DNA of 33,306 nucleotides, from NCBI GenBank assembly GCA_045117555.1, contig JBGUNW010000235.1, forward strand, positions 1 through 33,306. Direction: 5' to 3'. The notes beneath the pieces are model-generated. The model had not been told where the DNA came from. It searched no databases and was given only the letters and a program-made list of their open reading frames with translations. This stretch comes from Eubacteriales bacterium (GTDB taxonomy: Bacteria > Bacillota > Clostridia > Oscillospirales > CAG-272). Shown piece by piece: positions 9,707-17,159 of this stretch. The position numbers and the translations under genes were made by a program. Each line of letters starts with the position of its first letter. Within the stretch, counting starts at the first letter, position 1.

Positions 9707-11245
9707 ATGAATACCGGAAAACAAATTCGCCTCGGTGCAGTCCTTTCCTATTTGCAAATGGCGCTCGGTATTATCATCGGCATTCTTTATACACCGGTTA
9801 TGATCCGCAAACTCGGGCAAAGCGAATATGGGCTTTACGTTACCGCGGCATCTATCATTTCCATGCTTACCATTTTGAACCTCGGCTTTGGGAGCGGATA
9901 TTTGAAGTTTTTTGCAAAGTACAAAGCAAAAAACGACGAGGACTCCATCTACCGGCTTAACGGGCTGTTTTTATTGATTTTTTCCATTATTGGGGTTATT
10001 GCCCTTGCCATTGGCCTGTTTCTTTCTTTTAATCTGCAACTCGTATATGATCAGGGTTTGACCGAGGAAGAATACAAAATTGCAAGGGTACTCATGCTCC
10101 TGTTAACCGCAAATCTTTCTTTGTCGTTTCCGATGAGCGTATTCAATACCATTATCAGCGCAAACGAGAGATTTGTTTTTCAAAAGATCGTTACCATGGG
10201 GAAAACGGTTCTTGCGCCGCTTTGCACTCTGCCGCTTTTGTTCTGCGGAATGAAATCCATCGCCGTTGTTTCGGTCACCTTGCTGATGGCGGTGCTGGTG
10301 GATTGTGCCAACATTGCGTTTGTGTTTGGCAAATTGAAGCAAAAATTCTATTTCAAAAAATTTGAAAAAGGGCTCTTCAAAAGTCTGTTCGTCTACACAT
10401 CTTTCATTTTAATCAACACCATTGTCAAGCAGGTCAACTGGAATGTGGATAAGGTCCTGCTGGGCAGGTTCCAGGGAACGGTCATGGTCGCCATCTACGG
10501 CGTTGCCGCAACCCTGCATACCTATTATGAAAACTTTTCAACATCCATATCCAGCGTTTTCCGCACCCGGGTGCACATGATTGTCAACAACACCGAGAAG
10601 GATAGCCCGGAGCAAAAGAAAGCATTGACCGACTTATTTATCCGCGTCGGGCGGATGCAGTTTTTTGTGATGGGATTGATCGCTACGGGCTTGATTTTCT
10701 TCGGCTACGATTTCATCGTCAAATTCTGGGTCAAGGAAGGATACGAGGATTCCTACTGGGTTTGCCTGTTGCTTGTACTGCCAACTACCATTGCGCTAAT
10801 TCAAACTGTCGGTATAGATGTTCAGCGGGCACTGGACCGCCACAAATTTCGCAGCATTGCCTACCTGATTATGTCGGTCGGGAATGTGATTATGACGATT
10901 TTCCTCTGTCAGAAATACGGCGCGATCGGCGCCGCGATCGGAACGGCAGTTTCGGTTTTCCTGATTGACGGCATTGTGCTGAATATTTACTATCAGCTAA
11001 AATGTAATTTGAATGTTCTTGCTTTCTGGAAGAGCATTCTTCGCGCCTCGGTCGGGCTGATCCCACCCTGTGCTTTCGGGTATCTCATCAACCGCTTTTT
11101 GCCAACGACCGGCGTTTGGATCTATTTGTTAAAGATTTTGCTGCATACCGTTATCTATGTCATTTCCATCTGGTTTCTTTCTGCATCAAAACAAGAGAAA
11201 GAAAAAGTATTGAATTTTATACACAAGAAAAAGAAAAAAATTTGA
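9707..11245 (+). CDS. wzx: Wzx-type oligosaccharide flippase (MOP/PST superfamily)
   Basis: 512 aa with about 14 TM segments. The N-terminus (LGAVLSYLQMALGIIIGILYTPVMIRKLGQSEYGLY) is typical of polysaccharide biosynthesis flippases. Confidence 0.75.
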   Translation: MNTGKQIRLGAVLSYLQMALGIIIGILYTPVMIRKLGQSEYGLYVTAASIISMLTILNLGFGSGYLKFFAKYKAKNDEDSIYRLNGLFLLIFSIIGVIALAIGLFLSFNLQLVYDQGLTEEEYKIARVLMLLLTANLSLSFPMSVFNTIISANERFVFQKIVTMGKTVLAPLCTLPLLFCGMKSIAVVSVTLLMAVLVDCANIAFVFGKLKQKFYFKKFEKGLFKSLFVYTSFILINTIVKQVNWNVDKVLLGRFQGTVMVAIYGVAATLHTYYENFSTSISSVFRTRVHMIVNNTEKDSPEQKKALTDLFIRVGRMQFFVMGLIATGLIFFGYDFIVKFWVKEGYEDSYWVCLLLVLPTTIALIQTVGIDVQRALDRHKFRSIAYLIMSVGNVIMTIFLCQKYGAIGAAIGTAVSVFLIDGIVLNIYYQLKCNLNVLAFWKSILRASVGLIPPCAFGYLINRFLPTTGVWIYLLKILLHTVIYVISIWFLSASKQEKEKVLNFIHKKKKKI

Positions 11246-11262
11246 ACGATTCAGGTGAAAAG

Positions 11263-12312
11263 ATGGTGAACTCCAAAAAGACGCTTTTATCCGTTTTTAT
11301 GAGTTTTGTTCCGTTTGTATGTGCCGGGTTTGTTGTTGGGCTCCATTCTTATAATATCGCAACGGTTGAAAGCAATATTGTTATTCAATTGGTTGAATCT
11401 TTTTTCTCCCATGGTATTTTTACTGCTGCAGTACCGGTGTTTCTCATCATTTCCGGATATCTGTTTTTTAGAAATGCAACAACGATCAAAATTGTTTTTC
11501 AAAAACAAAAACGGCGTATTTTCTCGTTGCTCATTCCTTTTTTGGCTTGGTCGTTGTTATACTTTCTGTTTTATGCAATCGGCGGACAATTTGTTGCTTT
11601 GAATCAGCCGGTAGATTTTAGTTTTTGGGGGATCATTACGGGAATTTTGTTTTACCGATATGTTTTTCCAATGTGGTATATGTTTGCATTGATCGTTTTT
11701 TCCATCCTTACCCCGGCTATTTACGGCATATTCAAATTGCCAAAGTTCGTTCGTTATCTTGTCCTTGCCGGAATTGGTATTCTTGGAATTTTAAACCTTG
11801 ATATTTCGGTTACGATCGGAGATATGGAGCGCACTTTGTTTGCCCCAAACTATTTCTTCTATTTTTTGTTGGGCTGTATTTTGGCAAAAGAGCCTTTTTT
11901 GCACGAACTTGTCAAAAAGCTTTGCAAACTTCCGTTTTTTGTAATCATACCGCTTTTTCTCGGCGCGGGCTATGTCAGCGGAATGTTTTTTGATGAATAT
12001 TGGAAGGTGTTCAATCACCGGATTATGATTCCGGTCGTTACCGCCGCCTTTTTAATTCTTGTGACTAAAATTGCAATGGTAATTCAGGAAAAGGGCGGAA
12101 AAGTCCGGGTGATTCCTCTCATTCCTACAATGATTATTTACGGAATTCATTCTATGGTCGGGCTCTTGCTGACAAAAGTGATTGGTCAGCGTTTGCCGAT
12201 TATGCTATCCTATTTTGGAATTATGATTTTCAATTTCGCGCTTTCTTCTTTGATCGCCGTTTTGATCAAAAAGATAAAGCCGCTTTCGGTTGTTTTCAAT
12301 GGAAACAGATAA
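11263..12312 (+). CDS. Acyltransferase family 3 membrane O-acyltransferase
   Basis: About 10 TM segments. FTAAVPVFLIISGYLFF motif. The ORF-track start at 11116 lies inside wzx; ATG 11263 follows AGGTGAAAAG. Confidence 0.7.
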   Translation: MVNSKKTLLSVFMSFVPFVCAGFVVGLHSYNIATVESNIVIQLVESFFSHGIFTAAVPVFLIISGYLFFRNATTIKIVFQKQKRRIFSLLIPFLAWSLLYFLFYAIGGQFVALNQPVDFSFWGIITGILFYRYVFPMWYMFALIVFSILTPAIYGIFKLPKFVRYLVLAGIGILGILNLDISVTIGDMERTLFAPNYFFYFLLGCILAKEPFLHELVKKLCKLPFFVIIPLFLGAGYVSGMFFDEYWKVFNHRIMIPVVTAAFLILVTKIAMVIQEKGGKVRVIPLIPTMIIYGIHSMVGLLLTKVIGQRLPIMLSYFGIMIFNFALSSLIAVLIKKIKPLSVVFNGNR

Positions 12313-12345
12313 TTGTAATACAAATTGTAAACGAGGATCATCAGT

Positions 12346-13266
12346 ATGAATCGCAAGTTGATTGACTTTTTGAAATTGCCGGAAGCATTCAGGGTTCCGT
12401 ATTTCGGCGGCCTTCTTTATAGGATGCTGAACAGAAAGGACAACAAAATTATTCGGAAAACAGAATTTTCCGGGAGCGTTTTAAATCAAGAAAAGCGCGA
12501 TTTTACCATCACCGCTTCTTTAACGTCCTTCCCGGCGCGCATTGAATATGTCCATTTGGCGGTCAAATCGATTATGCGGCAAACCTGCAAACCGGATCGT
12601 ATCATCCTTTGGCTGGCTGAAGAACAATTCCCGGATAAAAAACTGCCCGAGAATCTGCTCGCACTGCAGGAATTTGGATTGGAAATTAAATGGTGCGAGG
12701 ATTTATGCGGACACAAAAAATATTTTTATTGCATTCGGGATCAGTTGCCGAATGAACTGGTGATCACATTTGACGACGATATGCTGTACCGAGATAATTG
12801 CATCGAGCAATTGATCGCCAAGCATGAGAAATTTCCCAATTGTATCATCTGCGAGCGCGCGCAAGCGGTTAATTATGATAAAAATGGAAAGCTGAAGAAT
12901 CCCGGAGCATGGAATGTGATCTCCGATATCGGAATCAAGACCCCTTCCTATAGTTTGAATATTTCGCCCGGCGGTGGCTGTTTATTCCCATATCATAGTC
13001 TTTATAAAGACGCCTGCTCGGAAGAAAAGGTCAGAGAATTGGCATACAGGGCAGATGACCTTTGGTGTACGTTTATGGCGGCTCAGCAGGGTACCAGGAT
13101 TGTAAAAACAAGGAAATACCACAAGATTTTTTCGGTGATAGAAGGTTCTCAAAAGGAGCAACTTGCCATTGGGAACGTGATCAACAACCAGTACATGAAC
13201 ACGGTGGACATTTTGAAAAACGCTTACCCCCTTGCCTACAACAGAATCATCACGGACAAGGATTAA
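12346..13266 (+). CDS. Putative GT-A-like glycosyltransferase
   Basis: ITASLTSFPARIEYVHLAVKSIMRQTCKPDRIILWL and ITFDDDMLY (DxD-type) resemble capsule and teichoic-acid-locus transferases. GAGGA SD. Confidence 0.45.
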   Translation: MNRKLIDFLKLPEAFRVPYFGGLLYRMLNRKDNKIIRKTEFSGSVLNQEKRDFTITASLTSFPARIEYVHLAVKSIMRQTCKPDRIILWLAEEQFPDKKLPENLLALQEFGLEIKWCEDLCGHKKYFYCIRDQLPNELVITFDDDMLYRDNCIEQLIAKHEKFPNCIICERAQAVNYDKNGKLKNPGAWNVISDIGIKTPSYSLNISPGGGCLFPYHSLYKDACSEEKVRELAYRADDLWCTFMAAQQGTRIVKTRKYHKIFSVIEGSQKEQLAIGNVINNQYMNTVDILKNAYPLAYNRIITDKD

Positions 13267-13274
13267 AAAAGAGA

Positions 13275-13314
13275 AGAACACAGGCCGTTGGCTTTTGCCA
13301 ACGGCCTGTGTTCT
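13275..13314. terminator. Bidirectional intrinsic terminator between the glycan locus and rplL
   Basis: Perfect 18-bp stem AGAACACAGGCCGTTGGC / GCCAACGGCCTGTGTTCT with a TTTT loop. Preceded by an A-run (13265-13270) and followed by a weak TGTT-type T tract. Sits between convergent genes. Confidence 0.85.
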
Positions 13315-13348
13315 GTTATCGTAGGACAGATGTTAAATTGAGGCGAAA

Positions 13349-13729
13349 TTATTTAATTTCGACGGTAGCGCCGGCCTCTTCAAGAGCGGCTTTCACCTTA
13401 TCGGCCTCATCCTTGGAAACGCCTTCTTTAATGGCCTTCGGAGCGGCTTCAACAAGATCCTTCGCGTCTTTCAGGCCAAGACCGGTCAGCTCGCGAACAA
13501 CCTTGATAACGTCGAGCTTCTTCGCGCCAAAGTTAGCAAGGATAACGTCAAACTCGGTTTTCTCTTCTGCGGCGGCAGCGGGAGCGGCGCCGGCAGCGGC
13601 AACAACGCCAACGGGAGCAGCGGCGGAAACGCCGAACTCTTCCTCAACGGCCTTTACCAGGTCAGAGAGTTCCAGAATGGTAAGGGATTTGATCTCTTCC
13701 AGAATGTTTGTAATCTTTTCGGATGCCAT
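13349..13729 (-). CDS. rplL: 50S ribosomal protein L7/L12
   Basis: [34 protein letters not shown], an Ala-rich hinge, and [27 protein letters not shown]. Confidence 0.97.
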   Translation of the reverse strand: MASEKITNILEEIKSLTILELSDLVKAVEEEFGVSAAAPVGVVAAAGAAPAAAAEEKTEFDVILANFGAKKLDVIKVVRELTGLGLKDAKDLVEAAPKAIKEGVSKDEADKVKAALEEAGATVEIK

Positions 13730-13822
13730 TTTAAAATACCTCCAAAATGTTTTTCAAATTTATCTTTTCCGGCAAGCGGTGCCGGAGTCCGGCGGAGTGC
13801 CTCTCCGCAAGGGATGTGGAAA

Positions 13823-14353
13823 TTATGCTTCGGCAGGGGTTTCTGCGGCGGGAGCGGCTTCGCCGTTCTTATCCACAACCGCCTGCAAAGCGTAAGCAAA
13901 GCTGTAAAGGGGCGAACGGATAGAACCAAGGAATTTTGCGATAAGGGTTTCCTTCGAGGGGATCTCGGCCAGCGCTTTTACGGAATCCGCGTTAATAACG
14001 TTCCCGTCAACATAGCCGGCAAGGATCTGGAAGGATTCGATCTTTTCCGCATAATCTTTCAGCACCTTTGCTGCGGCAACGGGATCGCTTTCGCTAATGG
14101 CGATAGCGGTCATACCGGTCAGGTACTGTTTCAGTTCTCCGTAGCCAACCTCATCACAAGCTCTGCCGGTCAGGGTGTTCTTCATAACAACGTATTTCAC
14201 ACCTGCCTGACGAAGTTCCTTACGCATAGCAGTATCTTTATCCACCGTAATGCCCTGGTAGTTGACCAGAACGCCCGCGGCGGAATTCTTGATCTGCTCG
14301 GCAAGGTCCGCAACGATTTGTTGCTTTTGAGCCAGAATGGAATTGCTGGGCAT
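13823..14353 (-). CDS. rplJ: 50S ribosomal protein L10
   Basis: MPSNSILAQKQQIVADLAEQIKNSAAGVLVNYQGITV. AGGAGGAG SD 7 nt upstream of ATG 14353. The 35-codon upstream extension in the ORF track covers the attenuator hairpin and was rejected. Confidence 0.95.
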   Translation of the reverse strand: MPSNSILAQKQQIVADLAEQIKNSAAGVLVNYQGITVDKDTAMRKELRQAGVKYVVMKNTLTGRACDEVGYGELKQYLTGMTAIAISESDPVAAAKVLKDYAEKIESFQILAGYVDGNVINADSVKALAEIPSKETLIAKFLGSIRSPLYSFAYALQAVVDKNGEAAPAAETPAEA

Positions 14354-14525
14354 TTTGTTTCTCCTCCTGTGTAAAGTTGGGAAATAAAAAAACTTTCCTC
14401 CGGCAAGCCGCTTTGCCGCGAGGAAAGATTCAAACAAGTCCCGCACGCGATTGCGCACAGGTATTCAAATCGCTCCTCGGCAGGATAAGCTAAACTTTTA
14501 CCGGAACCTGCTGTCTTCGGATAAC
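14354..14525 (-). promoter_or_regulatory. rplJ 5' leader (L10-leader-type autoregulatory RNA)
   Basis: About 170-nt untranslated leader between the consensus promoter and rplJ, ending in a terminator. This is the architecture described for the Firmicute L10 leader. The family call is not verified by a covariance model. Confidence 0.5.
14385..14427 (-). terminator. Attenuator (intrinsic terminator) in the rplJ leader
   Basis: Minus-strand RNA CUUUCCUC-G-CGGCAA-AGCGGC-UUGCCG-GAGGAAAG followed by UUUUUUAUUU. It ends about 30 nt before the rplJ SD. Confidence 0.65.
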
Positions 14526-14531
14526 GGAAAC

Positions 14532-14560
14532 ATTATATCATAAGCAAATAATTTTGTCAA
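14532..14560 (-). promoter_or_regulatory. Sigma-A promoter of rplJ-rplL
   Basis: Minus strand TTGACA (14560-14555), a 17-nt spacer, then TATAAT (14537-14532). An A/T-rich UP-like tract lies at 14561-14590. Confidence 0.7.
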
Positions 14561-14654
14561 TAGTTTTTTGAAAAATAAATTTAAAAATACCATTGCAAAA
14601 AATCATACAACGGTATCTTTTGTCAAAATTTAGAATAAAACCAAATCTTATTCC

Positions 14655-15194
14655 TTATTTCTGATTTTTCAAAATTCGTTCTGCCGAGGCGACGAGGCGC
14701 TCCCGGAGCCATTCCGGCTCAATAACGCGAAAATCGCTTTGCAAGGAGATCAGCGCACCGATAAACTTTTCCGTGCTGTGAAACTCGCAAACGAATTGTC
14801 CTTTCCCGAGCTTTTCGGTAATATAGGGCGTTAATTCCATAATGGCAAGCCGGTCCGCAAGTTCCAGCGTTGCGGTATAAGGAATTTGCATTTGAATAAT
14901 GGATTCCGACGCGGCAAGTTCCTCCGTATTCTGCACGTCGGAAATGCCTGGCAAGTACACGTCGTCGTTATCCGAGGTCAGCAAAAGGGGGAGCTGAAAC
15001 GGCTCGGTGTAGTAAAAACCGCGGCGTGCGGAATCGTAGGCAATGGGCGCGCCCATTTTCTTTTTCAAAAAGTCAATATCCCGCTGCGCCTGCCGCGGAG
15101 AAATGCGAAATCGCTCGGCAAGGCGGCGTGCGTTTGGGTAACTGCCGTTCACCAGTCGCTTATGGAGCCATTGAATGCGTGTATTGGCATTCAT
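14655..15194 (-). CDS. YafY/PafC-like HTH transcriptional regulator (HTH plus WCX-like C-terminus, no recognisable WYL core)
   Basis: YPNARRLAERFRISPRQAQRDIDFLKKKMGAPIAYDSARRGFYY is the YafY-type wHTH. The C-terminus FRVIEPEWLRERL resembles the WCX extension. Only 179 aa. The start overlaps the upstream stop (ATGA). Confidence 0.5.
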   Translation of the reverse strand: MNANTRIQWLHKRLVNGSYPNARRLAERFRISPRQAQRDIDFLKKKMGAPIAYDSARRGFYYTEPFQLPLLLTSDNDDVYLPGISDVQNTEELAASESIIQMQIPYTATLELADRLAIMELTPYITEKLGKGQFVCEFHSTEKFIGALISLQSDFRVIEPEWLRERLVASAERILKNQK

Positions 15195-15991
15195 GCGTTT
15201 TCTTCCTCGCTTTCGGTCGTTTGCTCGGCAACCGGAGCCGTTTTTTTGGAGATCAGCATTTCAACCAGCCGCCAAAGTGCGGTCAGACCGGCGCCCAGAA
15301 GCAGCGGTGCGGCGGCAAGATAGACGTCGGCGCTTTCCTTTTTTGCAAACAACAGGTAGAGATCCACGGCTCCCGCGCCGATGCAAAGCGAGATACAAAG
15401 AACCGTTAAAATCGGGATGAGGAGCCGATCAAAGCGTCCAAGCAGGAGTCGGCATTCGGCCGTTACGTAAAGCATAACGGCAAGAACTGCCGATTGCAAA
15501 AGGACTTTAAAGGGCGCGTTCATTTCCAGCGCCATATCAAAATAGTAGGTAACGTTCAGGGCGATTGCGGCGGCAATGGCAATAAATCCAGCCCAAAGCA
15601 GGTATTTGCCGTAAAGCTTGGCCAGAAAGCACGCGCAAAGGGTAAAGAAGATCGAGGCAAACAGCACAAGAACACCGAGCATGACCTGCCCGGCAACCAG
15701 CAGCCAAACGGCGGAGCACAGCGCGCCGAACGCCGCGGGCGCGGTTGCGTAGGAGGGTACGGCGGGAGAGTTCAAACCTTCCGGGTTCTTTTTTGCAAGA
15801 ATTGCGCCTGCGATCCCACAGCCAACGGAAAGGGCAAGAAAAACGCCCGATAAAACCGGAAACGGACTTCCGGCGGTGAAATAATGCGATACCGAGGGAT
15901 CAAAGGCCGTTCCAAATGCAAAAAGCAAAAAGAGTGTGCCCAAAAGGGCAAGCGGTACCGTGGCAATAAAAAGAATGCGAGATGCTTTCAT
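15191..15991 (-). CDS. Polytopic membrane protein of unknown function
   Basis: About 8 hydrophobic helices and an acidic C-terminal tail (EQTTESEEENA). No family recognised. ATG 15991 with an AGGAA upstream is preferred over TTG 16018. Confidence 0.55.
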   Translation of the reverse strand: MKASRILFIATVPLALLGTLFLLFAFGTAFDPSVSHYFTAGSPFPVLSGVFLALSVGCGIAGAILAKKNPEGLNSPAVPSYATAPAAFGALCSAVWLLVAGQVMLGVLVLFASIFFTLCACFLAKLYGKYLLWAGFIAIAAAIALNVTYYFDMALEMNAPFKVLLQSAVLAVMLYVTAECRLLLGRFDRLLIPILTVLCISLCIGAGAVDLYLLFAKKESADVYLAAAPLLLGAGLTALWRLVEMLISKKTAPVAEQTTESEEENA

Positions 15992-16033
15992 ATCGGGAAT
16001 TTCCTTTTTTAGTTGCAAATTTATTCTTACCTT

Positions 16034-16062
16034 ATTATATCACAGGCAAAACGCGAAAAAAT
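16034..16062 (-). promoter_or_regulatory. Possible extended -10 promoter of the membrane-protein/HTH operon
   Basis: Minus strand TGaTATAAT (16042-16034). The -35 is poor (ATTTTT). Confidence 0.3.
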
Positions 16063-16315
16063 GAACAAATTGTGACAATTTGCCGTTTGTTCAAATTTTC
16101 TTCATATTTTTGTGCTACAATAGGAAACGCTCGGTTGCGTGTAATAGAAAAAACGGCGTTTTGAAACGATTTTGGAAAGATAAAACACAATTTGGCGTTT
16201 TATTTTTCCCTCCGAAGGCATATTTTTCTATATTTTTGCCTGAAAATTGTTTATATTATACAATAAAGCCACAATAAAATGTTAAAAAATCTCCGTTTTA
16301 AACAACAAGAAATTA

Positions 16316-16344
16316 TTGACAAATTCTATTTCTTTTGATATAAT
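16316..16344 (+). promoter_or_regulatory. Sigma-A promoter of the S10-spc-alpha cluster
   Basis: TTGACA (16316-16321), a 17-nt spacer, then TATAAT (16339-16344). An A/T-rich UP-like tract lies upstream. Confidence 0.7.
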
Positions 16345-16350
16345 AGAAAA

Positions 16351-16698
16351 GCTTGATATGCGATGAAGCGAGAGGTTGCTTTCGGGGGACGCTCCGAAAG
16401 GGAATTTTCGCAGAGTATGTCCGTTAACCGGGCGAAAAGGTATGCACTGAGACACTCCAAAACGGCGCAAACGTGCGGCGAAGTTCTCTGTTGTTTCTTT
16501 TGGTTCTTCCCGGAATTTGCCATTGGCAGATGCTGATGCCGCGGCAAACTCCGTATTTTTCAGGGAGCAAAAGAAACGCACGGAACAGTGTTGAAGGAAA
16601 TGCCGACCTTGCCAAACACGCGGTTCGCGGCAGTTCGTTTCCTTTTATTATATAAAGGGCTTCCGCGGCAAGCGAAATCTGATAAGGAGGCAAACAAA
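16351..16698 (+). promoter_or_regulatory. Long structured 5' leader of rpsJ (unclassified)
   Basis: About 350 nt with no SD-preceded ORF. GC-rich hairpins sit in an AT-rich intergenic context, including a terminator-like element at 16597-16651. See findings. Confidence 0.45.
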
Positions 16699-17010
16699 AT
16701 GGCGATCAAAGAAAAGATCAGAGTCAGACTGAAAAGCTACGATCACGTTCTGATTGATACCGCAGCCAAGAAAATTGTTGAGGTTGCACAGCGCAACGGC
16801 GCCGAATTTTCCGGCCCCATTCCGCTGCCCACCGAGCGCGAGATCATTACGATCCTTCGCTCCGTTCACGTCAACAAGGACAGCCGCGAGCAATTTGAGT
16901 ATCGTACGCACAAAAGACTGATCGACATCATCAAACCCTCGCAGAAGGTTGTTGATGCGCTGATGAACGTAGAACTTCCCGCCGGCGTTGAGATTGAAGT
17001 GAAACTGTAA
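16699..17010 (+). CDS. rpsJ: 30S ribosomal protein S10
   Basis: [29 protein letters not shown] 8 nt upstream. The ORF-track start at 16588 was rejected. Confidence 0.97.
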   Translation: MAIKEKIRVRLKSYDHVLIDTAAKKIVEVAQRNGAEFSGPIPLPTEREIITILRSVHVNKDSREQFEYRTHKRLIDIIKPSQKVVDALMNVELPAGVEIEVKL

Positions 17011-17159
17011 AAACGGTTTCCCATCAAGCAGCTTCAATCGCAGCAAAAGCGGCACAAAGACAACAGTCGAGCCCCGCGCAACCCCGCGGGACGATCGGCA
17101 ACTTTGTAAGTCATGTTGGCGCCGGGTGCGTCAACCAATAATTTACAGGAGGAAAGAAA

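Noticed and set aside
13062-13895. 277-aa + strand ORF that extends the end of the last glycan gene across the terminator and rplL.
   Set aside because: It is antisense to rplL and rplJ and passes through the 18-bp terminator hairpin. Its translation is Ala/Ser/Thr low complexity, the mirror of the L12 Ala-rich hinge.
15982-16655. Short ORFs in the 680-bp divergent intergenic region (15982-16164, 16080-16277, 16282-16581, 16326-16547, 16424-16693, 16473-16655).
   Set aside because: They lack SDs, overlap each other in several frames, and give implausible translations. The region is better explained as divergent promoters plus the rpsJ leader.
16588-16698. Upstream in-frame extension of rpsJ. 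Similar extended ORF-track starts exist for rplJ (14458), rpsC (20215), rplE (22844), wzy (6572), the acyltransferase (11116) and the 2071, 4047, 7842, 8673 and 16018 TTG/GTG starts.
   Set aside because: In each case a canonical start with a proper SD gives the conserved N-terminus. The extensions overlap upstream genes, leaders or terminator hairpins.
16351-16698. Tried to assign the rpsJ leader to a known RNA class: T-box, TPP (it contains CUGAGA), SAM-I, FMN, glycine, c-di-GMP, ydaO, 6S, SRP or RNase P.
   Set aside because: Only isolated short matches, such as CTGAGA at 16447-16452. None of the multi-element consensus cores is present. Left unclassified pending a covariance-model search.
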